Notes: generated by a model from the letters alone, not told the origin. A DNA stretch of 64,000 bases from Polaromonas sp. (GCA_025352405.1 JANXTM010000187.1:632-64631); one strand, 5' to 3'. Shown: positions 10,120 to 19,899, numbered from the stretch's first letter. Numbers and translations: made by a program.

Positions 10120-11304
10120 TTACAACAGGCGACGCTTCGCCAGGCTCTTCATCAGCGCTGAAATACCAAACGTCCACGGTGCGGCCTTGTCAGACGTGGT
10201 GACGCGGTTAACCAGCGTGCCCAGCTGCGACGTCGACACGGCCACCACATCACCCACCACATGCGTGAAGCCCTGGCCGGGGCCGTGGCGGTCTTGCGTG
10301 GGCGCAAACATGGTGCCCAGAAACAGCATGAAACCATCGGGGTACTGGTGGTTGGCACCACACGCCTGCGCCACCAGGTCCAGCGGGTCGCGGCTGATTT
10401 TCTTCAATGATGAGCCGCCCGTCATGGTGAAGGGTGCGGGGGTTTCGGGCCCGGTCACGGTCATCGTCAAGTCGCTCTGGCGCACATCGTCGATGTTGAA
10501 GTGGTCGTCAAACAGGCGAATGAACGGCCCGATCGCGCACGATGCATTGTTGTCCTTAGCCTTACCCAACAGCAGCGCGCTGCGGCCTTCAAAGTCGCGC
10601 AGATTCACGTCGTTGCCCAGCGCAGCACCCACGGTTTCGCCGCGTGAATTAACCGCCAGCACGATCTCGGGCTCGGGGTTGTTCCAGACGCTTTGCGGGT
10701 GAATGCCGACCTCGGCACCGGTGCCCACCGCACTGAGGGGCTGGCTTTTTGTAAAAATTTCTGCGTCGGGGCCAATGCCGACTTCCAGGTACTGCGACCA
10801 CACGCCCTGTGCAATCAGCACCTCCTTGAGCCTGGCCGCCTCGGCCGAACCGGGCTGGATGCTGCTCAGGTTGTCGCCAATCACCTTGACCACCGCAGCC
10901 CGCACCGCTTCGGCCTTACTGGCATCACCGCGCGCCTGCTCCTCAATCACCCGCTCCAGCATCGAGGCCACAAAGGTCACCCCGGCGGCTTTGATGGCCT
11001 GCAAATCGCAGGGTGCCAACAGCCATGGCAGTTGCGGGTCACGCGCGTTTGAATTGGCCAGCACCTCTGCAGTACCCGCCAGGCGGGGCAGCGATGGTGC
11101 GGCCTGGCGTACCCGCTGGGCGACGTCGGGCAACTCTAGCAACTGGCTGCTGGTGGGTGCCACACCGGATAGATCAAACACACTGGTGGCGTCTATAAGC
11201 GCCAGGATAGGCCCGGTGCCGTCAACCCACACACGGCCGATCAGCAGAGCGTCGGGAGCATCAAGCGGCAAGGCGGTGGAAAGGCGCAGGTAATTTTTCA
11301 TCAT
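10120..11304 (-). CDS. xylX: Fumarylacetoacetate hydrolase family protein, XylX-like (2-keto-3-deoxy-pentonate dehydratase type)
   Basis: [65 protein letters not shown] match my recollection of Caulobacter XylX. Confidence 0.7.
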   Translation of the reverse strand: MMKNYLRLSTALPLDAPDALLIGRVWVDGTGPILALIDATSVFDLSGVAPTSSQLLELPDVAQRVRQAAPSLPRLAGTAEVLANSNARDPQLPWLLAPCDLQAIKAAGVTFVASMLERVIEEQARGDASKAEAVRAAVVKVIGDNLSSIQPGSAEAARLKEVLIAQGVWSQYLEVGIGPDAEIFTKSQPLSAVGTGAEVGIHPQSVWNNPEPEIVLAVNSRGETVGAALGNDVNLRDFEGRSALLLGKAKDNNASCAIGPFIRLFDDHFNIDDVRQSDLTMTVTGPETPAPFTMTGGSSLKKISRDPLDLVAQACGANHQYPDGFMLFLGTMFAPTQDRHGPGQGFTHVVGDVVAVSTSQLGTLVNRVTTSDKAAPWTFGISALMKSLAKRRLL

Positions 11305-11423
11305 TCAGGGCTGGTGCCATAGGTGCAAAGCGCACCATATTACAGTGCCCTCATGCTTCTTCCGCGGTGTCTGCCGATCTGCCAGCAAGCTCGCGCTGCC
11401 AAACAGTACAGGCGGCCCCGGCT

Positions 11424-12380
11424 TCATGGGGCGCCATCAACCGCCAGCGCCGCATCCGGGAAGCGCTGCTCCCAGGCTTCTACCTCAGGCAGCCCCAGGC
11501 AGTCGCTGTATTCCTGGTTGCTCAACATGCGCGGGCGCATGGTGGCCGTGCTGCCGTCCTGCTTTAGGTGCTGCAGTGCCTCGCGCATGGCAAAGCCGAG
11601 CGCATTGCGCAAAAGTGCGGGGTAAATGGCCAGTGCAATCCCGTGAGTATGCAGATGGTCGGTGTGCAGCGCGGCCAGTGGACCACCGGCGTCGATGTTG
11701 ACCATGCACGGAATGCGCACGGCATCGGCAACGCGGCGTATGTCATCAAGGATGCCGGGGTGGCCCTTCAGCTCTACAAAAACCGCACCCGCACCGACGC
11801 GCTCAAAAGCCTGTGCGCGGCGTATCGCCTCGGCCACACCGCACGACGCAGCGCTGTCAGTACGCGCAATGACGAGAAAATCCGGGTCGTTGCGGGCCGC
11901 CACGGCGGCTGCAATTTTTGCAACTGCTGCATCAAACGCCAGCACTTCACGGGCACCTGGCAACTGCGCGCAGCGCTTGGGTGACAGCTGGTCTTCGATA
12001 TGAACGGCTGCAACGCCTGCTGCTTCAAACTCCTGCACCGTGCGCCGCACCGCCACGATGCCGCCGTAGCCGGTGTCAGCATCGCAAATCAGGGGAATGT
12101 CGATGCACGCGGCCACGTTGCGGGCGTGGTTGGCCATCAGTGACAAATCAATCAGGCCCACATCAGGCCGGCCCAGCAGACAGGCCGACACGCCGTTGCC
12201 CGTCATGTAAGCGGCTTCAAAGCCGGACTGTGCCACCATGCGCGCACCGTAACCGTCGTAAATGCCAGGTGCTATCAAGGCAGCGCGGCTACGCTGCGCC
12301 AGACGCTGGTGCAATGCCTGTCGCAGGCGGCTCGCGCGGTTGACGGCCATGGGCTGGTGGGGGATGTCTTGGACACTCAT
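11424..12380 (-). CDS. Isocitrate lyase/PEP mutase superfamily C-C lyase (dimethylmalate/methylisocitrate lyase-like)
   Basis: YMTG, DADTGYG, HIEDQ, KRC catalytic loop, ARTD; ATGA overlap with the upstream gene. Confidence 0.88.
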   Translation of the reverse strand: MSVQDIPHQPMAVNRASRLRQALHQRLAQRSRAALIAPGIYDGYGARMVAQSGFEAAYMTGNGVSACLLGRPDVGLIDLSLMANHARNVAACIDIPLICDADTGYGGIVAVRRTVQEFEAAGVAAVHIEDQLSPKRCAQLPGAREVLAFDAAVAKIAAAVAARNDPDFLVIARTDSAASCGVAEAIRRAQAFERVGAGAVFVELKGHPGILDDIRRVADAVRIPCMVNIDAGGPLAALHTDHLHTHGIALAIYPALLRNALGFAMREALQHLKQDGSTATMRPRMLSNQEYSDCLGLPEVEAWEQRFPDAALAVDGAP

Positions 12381-12898
12381 GCGGACAATTCCCAAGTGGG
12401 GTGTTTGGCTAAAAAGGGGATCAGGCCGCCCTCACGCAGAATGGCGCGTATGGCGGCTGGCATGGCAGGCAAAGGGCGCGAAATGGCACGTCCGGCCACC
12501 GTCAACGCCTGGCCACCCAGGTCCAGCAACACCGCGTCGCCGTCGGCGATGCCGCTGGTGTCGCACTCCAGCGCCGGCAAGCCGTTGTTGATGGCGTTGC
12601 GAAAAAACTGCCGCCCAAAAGACGGTGCCACAACCGCCGCCACGCCCATGCGGCGAAGGATATGCACGGCCTGTTCGCGGGACGAGTTGATGCCGAAGTG
12701 CTTGCCCGCCACAATCACACCGCCGGTCGCAAAGCGCGTCGCAAAACCGGGTGAAACGGCTTCAAAGGCCTGCGCTGCGATGTAGCTTTCGTCCTTGCCG
12801 GGCAGATACTTGCCGGAGCAGCACAGGTCGGTGTTGACGTCGTCGCCGAGCAGGTACACCCGGCCTTTGATGCTGTCGTTTGAAGAAGAATCAAACAT
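12377..12898 (-). CDS. Aconitase-family hydratase small subunit (LeuD/HacB/DmdB-like)
   Basis: DDVNTD, NFG-like HFGINSSREQA, FGRQFFRNAINNGLP. Confidence 0.9.
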   Translation of the reverse strand: MFDSSSNDSIKGRVYLLGDDVNTDLCCSGKYLPGKDESYIAAQAFEAVSPGFATRFATGGVIVAGKHFGINSSREQAVHILRRMGVAAVVAPSFGRQFFRNAINNGLPALECDTSGIADGDAVLLDLGGQALTVAGRAISRPLPAMPAAIRAILREGGLIPFLAKHPTWELSA

Positions 12899-14177
12899 GT
12901 GAGGCCTCCCATTGCCCACCCGCCACGGTGCGCGGGTCGGTGACAAAGCCTGTCAGGGCCGATGCCGCCACCGTGGCGGCAGAGCCCAGCCATATCTCGG
13001 CATCGTGGTTGCCGAGCCGGCCCTTGAAGTTGCGGTTCGCGCTGGAGATCACGACTTCACGGTCACCCGGAATCAGGTGGTTGGTGATACCCACACAGGT
13101 ACCGCAGCCTGCCGCTTCAACCGATGCGCCGGCTTCGATCAGTATTTCGAACAGGCCTTCACGCAGGGCCGCCAGGTAAATCTGGCGTGAGGCCGGGGTG
13201 ACGATCATGCGCACGCCCTTTGCCAGGCGCCGCCCCTTCAAAATCGCAGCCGCCTGGCGGATGTCATCAAGCCGCCCGTTGGTACAAGTGCCAATCAATG
13301 CAAAGTTGATCTTTTGCCCAACCACTTCCGAGGCGGCCACGATGTCGTCAACGGCATGGCGGCGCGCCACCTGGGGCGTGAGCGCCGAGGCGTCGATTTC
13401 AACGCGGTCGGCATACACGGCGTCCGCATCGGCCTTTACCGGCTGCGGCGCTTTGGCACCGTGCGCGGCCAGCCAGGCAAAGGTTTTGTCGTCGGCCTCC
13501 AGCAGCGCAGCCTTGGCACCGAGTTCAGCAGCATGGTTGGCCAGCGTCATACGGTCGTCGATTTCCATCGCGCTGACGGCCGGGCCAACATATTCAATCG
13601 CCCGGTAGTTCAGGCCTTCGGCGCCAAAACGGCCCAGCATGTAAAGCGTGAGGTCCTTGGCCCATACGCCGGGTTGCAGGCGGCCATTGAGCTGCACCCG
13701 TACCGATTCGGGCACGCGCAACCAGACCTTGCCGGTGGACATGACTGCTGTCACATCAGTTCCCTCAATGCCGGTGCCAAAAGCGTTGAACGCGCCGTAG
13801 GTGGTGGAATGGGTGTCGGTGCCAACAATCAGGTCGCCACAAGTCAGGTGGCCACCCTCCGGCAGTACTTGATGGCAAATCCCGTCACCAATGTCGTAAA
13901 GCACGCTGCCGTGCTCGTCGGCAAAACGCCGCATGGCGCTGTGTGTTTGCGCGGCCTCGACATTGGGCGGGGGCGAGTAGTGGTCAAGTACCCAGGCGGT
14001 CTTGCTGGCAAAGGGCAGGCGTGGCACGCCCATCTTGTCGACCATGCGTATGGTGTTGGGCGCTCTGGCGTCATGCACCATGGCGAAGTCGACCTTTGCA
14101 ATGACGATGTCCCCGGCCTTGACGTGGTCCAGACCGGCATGCTTGGCCAGGATTTTTTCTGCAATCGTTGCGTTCAT
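12891..14177 (-). CDS. Aconitase-family hydratase large subunit (LeuC/HacA/DmdA-like, short type)
   Basis: LDH, GICHQ, DTH, 4Fe-4S ligands GTCTNGR and GCGTC, SSANRNFKGR; GGAG RBS upstream of ATG 14177. Confidence 0.92.
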   Translation of the reverse strand: MNATIAEKILAKHAGLDHVKAGDIVIAKVDFAMVHDARAPNTIRMVDKMGVPRLPFASKTAWVLDHYSPPPNVEAAQTHSAMRRFADEHGSVLYDIGDGICHQVLPEGGHLTCGDLIVGTDTHSTTYGAFNAFGTGIEGTDVTAVMSTGKVWLRVPESVRVQLNGRLQPGVWAKDLTLYMLGRFGAEGLNYRAIEYVGPAVSAMEIDDRMTLANHAAELGAKAALLEADDKTFAWLAAHGAKAPQPVKADADAVYADRVEIDASALTPQVARRHAVDDIVAASEVVGQKINFALIGTCTNGRLDDIRQAAAILKGRRLAKGVRMIVTPASRQIYLAALREGLFEILIEAGASVEAAGCGTCVGITNHLIPGDREVVISSANRNFKGRLGNHDAEIWLGSAATVAASALTGFVTDPRTVAGGQWEASHV

Positions 14178-14192
14178 GCTTGACTCCATGGC

Positions 14193-15185
14193 TTACTCGC
14201 CCTTGATACCGGCTTTGCGCACCAGCACACCCCATTTGTCGCTCTCCTTGCGCATGAAGCGAATGGTTTCATCAGGCGTTGAGGGTGTCGGGTCCAGACC
14301 CAGCTTGCGCAGCTGCGCCACCACACCAGGGTCATTGAGGGTTGTCACGATGGCGTTGTTAAGCCGTTGCACCATCTCCGGCGGCGTGCGCTGGGGTGCG
14401 GTAAAGGCATACCAGTTGCTTGCCTCAAAACCGGGGTAACCCGACTCTGCGATGGTGGGCACTTGCGGCAGGGCCTCAAGCCGCTTGCTGCCTGTAGTGG
14501 CAATGGCCCGCAACTTTCCGGCCTGGATAAACTGCAGTGCATCGGTCGGGCTCGAAAAAATAGACTGTAGTACGCCGCCGAGCAGGTCATTCATGGCGGG
14601 CGCACCGCCGCGGTAAGCCACATGCTGGTTGTTCAGGCCTGCAGCTGACTTTAAAAGTTCGCCCGCCAGGTGGCCGCTGCTGCCAATACCCGATGACCCG
14701 AAGGACAGGCTCGAATTCGCCGCCCTGCCCTGGCGAATGTAATCGTCCAGCGTGCGGATACTGCTCGCGGTGTTAACGACCAGCACGTTGGTGAACACCA
14801 CCGCCATCGACAAGCCGGCCATGTCCGTCACGGGGTTGTAGCTGAGTTTATTGAGGTGCTGGTTGACCGCCAGCGAACCAATGGTGCCCAGCATGATAGT
14901 GTAGCCGTCGGCTGGTGCCTTGACCAAAAAATCCGACGCAATATTGCCGCCCGCACCAGGCTTGTTGTCAATCACCACGCTCTGCTTCAGCGCATCGGCC
15001 ATGCGGGGAGCCAGAATGCGCGCCACCGTATCAGAGCTGCCGCCGGCGGCAAAACCGACGACGAGTTTGACTGGGCGATTGGGATAAGGGTCAGTGTCTG
15101 CGGCGTATGCAGATACCGACGCGGCCATCACCGCCAAAGAAAATGCGGCGCATACCGCTGCTGCCATTCGGCTTGATCTGATCAT
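14193..15185 (-). CDS. Tripartite tricarboxylate transporter substrate-binding protein (Bug/TctC)
   Basis: YPNRPVKLVVGFAAGG, NKPGAGG, HVAYRGGAPA, PTIAESG motifs; signal peptide; AGGAGA RBS. Confidence 0.93.
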   Translation of the reverse strand: MIRSSRMAAAVCAAFSLAVMAASVSAYAADTDPYPNRPVKLVVGFAAGGSSDTVARILAPRMADALKQSVVIDNKPGAGGNIASDFLVKAPADGYTIMLGTIGSLAVNQHLNKLSYNPVTDMAGLSMAVVFTNVLVVNTASSIRTLDDYIRQGRAANSSLSFGSSGIGSSGHLAGELLKSAAGLNNQHVAYRGGAPAMNDLLGGVLQSIFSSPTDALQFIQAGKLRAIATTGSKRLEALPQVPTIAESGYPGFEASNWYAFTAPQRTPPEMVQRLNNAIVTTLNDPGVVAQLRKLGLDPTPSTPDETIRFMRKESDKWGVLVRKAGIKGE

Positions 15186-15242
15186 GTCTTTGTCTCCTGC
15201 TGTTTTAAGGGCCGCATGCGTGCGCGCGCCGTCACAACTTCC

Positions 15243-15258
15243 TGCAATGCACGTGCCA
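15243..15258 (-). promoter_or_regulatory. Sigma54 -24/-12 promoter for the Bug-LeuC-LeuD-lyase operon
   Basis: Minus strand TGGCAC-GTGCA-TTGCA, an exact match to TGGCAC-N5-TTGCW, 58 nt upstream of the Bug start and facing away from a sigma54 activator gene. Confidence 0.9.
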
Positions 15259-15342
15259 AGCGAACCATCAAAACACGCCTGCGTTTGGAGTGTTGATTTA
15301 ATTAGCTATTTTTGTGTATAGCTCAACTGTAGTGGAGCTATA

Positions 15343-15365
15343 GTTCATCAAACATTTCACAAACG
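15343..15365. promoter_or_regulatory. Candidate PrpR upstream activating sequence
   Basis: GTTCATCAAAC and CATTTCACAAACG resemble the Salmonella PrpR site CGTTTCATGAAACG; 85-107 bp upstream of the -24 element. Confidence 0.4.
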
Positions 15366-15383
15366 AAATAACCTGTTTCAATA

Positions 15384-17357
15384 GTGAACCATATGGTTAC
15401 ACCATTTCATTCCTCGGACATGGCTAAAGTCGCTTCTACCTTCCCTGACTCACCGGCTGGCCCCATCATCTGGGCCGTGAGCGGACACCGACTGATCGAC
15501 ACCTTTCGCGCGGTCAGCCCGGAGTTTGCCGCACGCGCGCGCATCAGGGTCGCCCATCTGGCGTTTGACGACGCGGTGGCCCACCTGCTCGACCAGTCGG
15601 CACAGCAAACCTGTGACGTGGTGTTGGCCTCGGGCTCCAACGGTGCCTATCTGCGTAGCCATCTGGCGGTTCCTGTCGTGATGGTCAAGGTCGGGGGCTA
15701 CGACCTGATGGCTGCGTTGTGCAATGCCAAAACCATCTCCAGCCGCATAGCCGTGGTGCTGCACCGCGCCGTGTCCCCTGAATTACGCCGATTCGCGGGG
15801 CTTTTTGGCATCGGGTTGGCGCTTCGCTCCTACGAAACCACCGACGATGTCGCTTACCGTATTCAGGAACTCGCCGATTCGGGCATTGAGGTGGTGGTGG
15901 GTGCGGGCCTGGTGGTGAGCATGGCGCAACAGGCGGGACTGGCAGGCGTTTTTCTTTATTCCACCGACTCGGTACGCGACGCCATTGAAGATGCCATCAC
16001 CATTGCTGTGGCCCAACGAAACGAAAAATCCCGACATGCACAACTCGATTCCGTGGTGCGGCACCTTAGCGACGGGGTGGTGGCCATCGACATGGCCGGG
16101 CACATCACCACCATCAATCCAGCGGCTGCCCGCATGGTGGGGCGCTCGGGCGAAGGCGCACTGGGCGCGTCGCTACAACGGGTATTTGTAGGGCTGCAGC
16201 CAGGTGCCGTACTGACCCAGGGCACAACAGAGCTGGGTCGCGTCGATGAGCTGCTGGGTCGCTCGCTGGTGGTGGATTGTGTACCACTGCACAACGCAGG
16301 CCAACAAACAGGTGCTGTCTTCACACTCCACGCGCCTGGTCCGATGGAAAACGCTGTCAGCCGACTGCGCGCGCACAGCCACCGGCGTTCACGCTCGGCC
16401 CGCTACACACTGGACCAGCTCGTCGCGATATCGCCGTCAATGCGTGAGCTGGTCAGGCGCTGCGAGATATTGGCCAAAAACAGCGATGCCACGGTGCTGA
16501 TCCAGGGGGAAAGCGGCTCGGGCAAGGAAGTTGTGGCACAGGGTATTCACGAGGCAAGCCGAAGGCGGCAGCATCCGTTCGTTGCGACCAATTGCGGCGC
16601 GTTTCCACAAAACCTGCTGGAGACCGAGCTTTTTGGCTACGAAGAAGGTGCATTTACCGGCGCACGGCGGCACGGCAAGGCGGGCTTGTTTGAGGCGGCA
16701 AATGGCGGCACACTGTTTCTGGACGAAGTGGGCGAAATGCCCCTGCTGCTGCAAACCCGCTTGCTGCGCGTGCTGCAAGAAAAAGAAATCACCCGCGTGG
16801 GCGGCATAGACACCATCCCCGTCGATGTGCGCATCGTGGCAGCCACCAACCGCAACTTGTCTGCCATGGTGGGGCTGGGCAGTTTTCGGGAAGATCTTTT
16901 CTACCGCATTCACATTTTGCAGGTAGTCGTCCCACCGCTGCGGGACCGGCCGCAGGATGTGGAGGCACTGGCAGCCAAACTCATACCGGCAGCACTTGAG
17001 CGCGCCGGCGTATCTCATCTCGCCGTGCAGGTCCTGCGCAATGCCATGCCGGCGTTGCTGGGCCACGCCTGGCCAGGCAACGTACGCGAGCTTGAAAGCG
17101 TGGCGGAGCGTATCGCCATGGCCTGCCTGATGGCCGCTGGTACACCTTCCAGCCATGACATGATTGCCCTGCTCGGCCATGGGGTGGTGAAGAGTGAGAC
17201 CAATGAAACATCCCAAGCCGATTCACTGCCGGAAATGCGCCGTCAGCACGAGGCGCAACGTGTGCAGGCGGCTTTGCGCGCTGCAGGCGGCGACCGTGAC
17301 CTTGCAGCGCGCACGCTGGGCATCAGCCGCACCACGCTGTGGCGCAAGTTACGCTGA
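15384..17357 (+). CDS. prpR: PrpR-like sigma54-dependent activator (PrpR_N-PAS-AAA+-HTH)
   Basis: PrpR N-terminal region (SGSNGAYLR), GESGSGKE, GAFTGA, LFLDEVGE, C-terminal LGISRTTLWRKL. Confidence 0.85.
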   Translation: MNHMVTPFHSSDMAKVASTFPDSPAGPIIWAVSGHRLIDTFRAVSPEFAARARIRVAHLAFDDAVAHLLDQSAQQTCDVVLASGSNGAYLRSHLAVPVVMVKVGGYDLMAALCNAKTISSRIAVVLHRAVSPELRRFAGLFGIGLALRSYETTDDVAYRIQELADSGIEVVVGAGLVVSMAQQAGLAGVFLYSTDSVRDAIEDAITIAVAQRNEKSRHAQLDSVVRHLSDGVVAIDMAGHITTINPAAARMVGRSGEGALGASLQRVFVGLQPGAVLTQGTTELGRVDELLGRSLVVDCVPLHNAGQQTGAVFTLHAPGPMENAVSRLRAHSHRRSRSARYTLDQLVAISPSMRELVRRCEILAKNSDATVLIQGESGSGKEVVAQGIHEASRRRQHPFVATNCGAFPQNLLETELFGYEEGAFTGARRHGKAGLFEAANGGTLFLDEVGEMPLLLQTRLLRVLQEKEITRVGGIDTIPVDVRIVAATNRNLSAMVGLGSFREDLFYRIHILQVVVPPLRDRPQDVEALAAKLIPAALERAGVSHLAVQVLRNAMPALLGHAWPGNVRELESVAERIAMACLMAAGTPSSHDMIALLGHGVVKSETNETSQADSLPEMRRQHEAQRVQAALRAAGGDRDLAARTLGISRTTLWRKLR

Positions 17358-17509
17358 AGCGCGTCGAGGCACAGATGTTGAACGCGGTGCGTCTGTGGGT
17401 GTATAAACTATTTCCCTTCAGTCATGCTTAACGTCTTTTCAAACAGCGCGCATGCCTCAACAATCAAGCCAGGCGCATTTGGACGCTACAACACCAAGGA
17501 AACTTCAAC

Positions 17510-18223
17510 ATGGGCGCGCAGTGGAAAGCAAAAGGCAAGGATCTGGCCGCGAATGCCAAGGGCAGGGTATTCGGAAAATTAGCCAAAGACATCATGATCG
17601 CGGCGCGCAGCGGGGCCGACCCGGCGTCAAACGCGCGCCTGCGTCTGGTGGTAGAGCAGGCACGCAAGGTCTCGATGCCCAAAGAAACCCTGGATCGCGC
17701 CATCAAAAAAGGGGCTGGCCTGACCGGCGAAGCCGTGCATTTTGAGCACGTGATTTACGAAGGTTTTGCGCCGCACCGCGTCCCGCTCATGGTCGAGTGC
17801 CTGACCGACAACCTGAACCGCGCCGCCTCTGAAATACGCGTGCTGTTTCGAAAGGGGCAGTTGGGCACCTCTGGTTCGGTGGCCTGGGATTTTGACCATG
17901 TGGGCATGATCGAAGCCGAGCCTGCGGCCCCGGGTACAGATGCGGAACTGGCCGCCATTGAAGCAGGTGCACAGGACTTTGAGCCTGGCGAGGAAGACGG
18001 TACAACGATGTTCCTGACCGACCCTGCCGACCTGGACCTGGTCAGCCGCGCGCTGCCCACCCACGGCTTCAGCGTGTTGTCTGCCAAGCTGGGCTACAAG
18101 GCCAAAAATCCGGTCGATCCTGCGTCGCTAAGCGCCAAAGATCTCGAAGAAGTGGAAGCCTTCCTGGCGGCTATCGACGCCAACGACGACGTGCAGAATA
18201 TTTTCGCGGGCCTGGGGGGTTAA
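17510..18223 (+). CDS. YebC/PmpR family protein (second-paralog type, MGAQWK N-terminus)
   Basis: [31 protein letters not shown] motifs. Confidence 0.92.
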   Translation: MGAQWKAKGKDLAANAKGRVFGKLAKDIMIAARSGADPASNARLRLVVEQARKVSMPKETLDRAIKKGAGLTGEAVHFEHVIYEGFAPHRVPLMVECLTDNLNRAASEIRVLFRKGQLGTSGSVAWDFDHVGMIEAEPAAPGTDAELAAIEAGAQDFEPGEEDGTTMFLTDPADLDLVSRALPTHGFSVLSAKLGYKAKNPVDPASLSAKDLEEVEAFLAAIDANDDVQNIFAGLGG

Positions 18224-18235
18224 GGAGTCACAAGG

Positions 18236-18976
18236 TTATTCATTCTGGCACCATCGACCTGAATCCGGGCATACGCTGGCTCTTGTGCCGTCCCGCCAGA
18301 CCTGCTCATCATCCAGTAATAACGCGGTTGTGGGGTCGATGTCAAAGGCTATCCCGAGTACATGCCCAACATGGGCATTCTCGATAGGAAGCTCCCAGGT
18401 CAGGAATACCTGGGAGCAATCCCGGTCGGGTGGAAAGTCAGCCACGTTAAAGCCGCTGCTGCTCCTGTCAATGACGGCATGCGGCTGTCCGGTATCGAAC
18501 ATCACAGCCGTACCCGTGGTCAAGGGGATTCGATGGCCGGTAGATGGGAAGTGCAAGTCCAAACCCCGGTCTTCACTTAAAAAAAGATTGCAAAAAGACA
18601 TACCGCCATACTGCGCGCCATCGTGGTGGTATTTGGCGCCACGGCAGGCCATCAGGGCTACATCGCAGGCGGTCAGCGAAGCCGGCAGGCCCAGCGTACC
18701 CGTCCAGTCAGACATGGCCTGCACGCATTGCCGGTACTCTGGCCAGCGCATGCGCGCACGTGCCAAAGGCAAAGCCTCGACCTCACCAGGTGCCAGTCTC
18801 AGGCGCTGCACTATGTCCCGCTCCCAATCAGCCGACAGCCTTGCTGGGGGTGCAGGAACATTGACCGTGCCCACCAGCACAACGCTGCTTACACTTCGGC
18901 TGCGAATGGCCTCGCCACTCCAGAAATAGGAGACAAGGGGGTCTTGCACAGGATGCGCTGGCGGGGGGATGATCAT
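18236..18976 (-). CDS. Hypothetical protein with HxD...H metal triad (2OG-Fe(II) oxygenase/cupin-like)
   Basis: YHHDG ... FCNLFL ... GTAVMFDTGQPHAV pattern; 246-aa ORF that fills the gap. Confidence 0.6.
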   Translation of the reverse strand: MIIPPPAHPVQDPLVSYFWSGEAIRSRSVSSVVLVGTVNVPAPPARLSADWERDIVQRLRLAPGEVEALPLARARMRWPEYRQCVQAMSDWTGTLGLPASLTACDVALMACRGAKYHHDGAQYGGMSFCNLFLSEDRGLDLHFPSTGHRIPLTTGTAVMFDTGQPHAVIDRSSSGFNVADFPPDRDCSQVFLTWELPIENAHVGHVLGIAFDIDPTTALLLDDEQVWRDGTRASVCPDSGRWCQNE

Positions 18977-19053
18977 CTGGCTGTCATGCGCGAAGTTTTG
19001 AGAGATTTATATTTAATCAGACAAACTTCAATCTTGATGTTTTGTCTGCCCTA

Positions 19054-19899
19054 TTAAATCCAGGTCTCAATCACACGGCTGTCGTCGCGCAAGCCCAGAC
19101 CGGCGTCTGCCGCCCGGCAAAAACGCTCGTGCGCAATAGCCAGCAGAGGAAGTTGGGCGCTACAGCCAGCGCCTGCCGCCGCTACCAACCCGCTGTCTTT
19201 CACGAAGATGTTGATGGCGCTGGTGACTTCGACATCGCTGCCTGCAAGCATGCGGGGACCGCGGTCAGTAAGCATCCAGGAACCGGCTGCGCCTTTTTCT
19301 ACAAGGTCCAAAACAACAGACGGATTGAGGCCAAGCAAGCGCGCCAAATTGAGGGCTTCGGCCGCTGCAGCGATATGCACGGCGCAAAGGTGTTGGTTCA
19401 CTACTTTGATACTTTGTCCATCGCCGAGTCGTTCGCCCGTTGTTTTGACGTTACCCATGGTCTGCAGCAACGGTGTAGCCAAAGCCACATCCGCCGCAGC
19501 GCCCGCTGCAAAAATCACCAATGCGCCTGTCTTCGCACGGGCTACGCCACCTGTGACAGGCGCGTCTACGACACGAGCGCCAGCCCGCTGCAAGGCTTCC
19601 CCTTGCGCCCGTATGGACTGCGGACCAACTGTGGACATGATGATCCACAGTTGGCCCGCAGCGGCCCTGCCTACCTGGCTGACGAGCCCGGCCAATTGAT
19701 CTGGCGTGGCGACCATAACCACCACCACTTCTGCACGTGGCGCGGCAGCAAAATCATTGCAAGCTTCCAGTCCCTTCGACTTTGCATTGGCAATGATCGC
19801 GTCCGACACATCGACACCCGTGACTGCGTGATGAGCCGCTTGAATCCGCAAAGCCATCGGCAACCCAATAGCCCCAATGCCGATAAATGTAATGTTCAT
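19054..19899 (-). CDS. NAD(P)-dependent beta-hydroxyacid dehydrogenase, LtnD/YgbJ-like
   Basis: GIGAIG Rossmann motif, DAPVTGG, KVVNQ (catalytic Lys), SAINIFVKD. Confidence 0.85.
   Translation of the reverse strand: MNITFIGIGAIGLPMALRIQAAHHAVTGVDVSDAIIANAKSKGLEACNDFAAAPRAEVVVVMVATPDQLAGLVSQVGRAAAGQLWIIMSTVGPQSIRAQGEALQRAGARVVDAPVTGGVARAKTGALVIFAAGAAADVALATPLLQTMGNVKTTGERLGDGQSIKVVNQHLCAVHIAAAAEALNLARLLGLNPSVVLDLVEKGAAGSWMLTDRGPRMLAGSDVEVTSAINIFVKDSGLVAAAGAGCSAQLPLLAIAHERFCRAADAGLGLRDDSRVIETWI

Noticed and set aside
12377-14177. Housekeeping leuC/leuD
   Set aside because: Short archaeal/HacA-like type, no leuB, and embedded in a sigma54 catabolic operon with a transporter and lyase
11424-17357. 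Canonical prpR-prpBCD methylcitrate operon
   Set aside because: No methylcitrate synthase, PrpD, AcnD or PrpF; the lyase lacks the KRCGH signature
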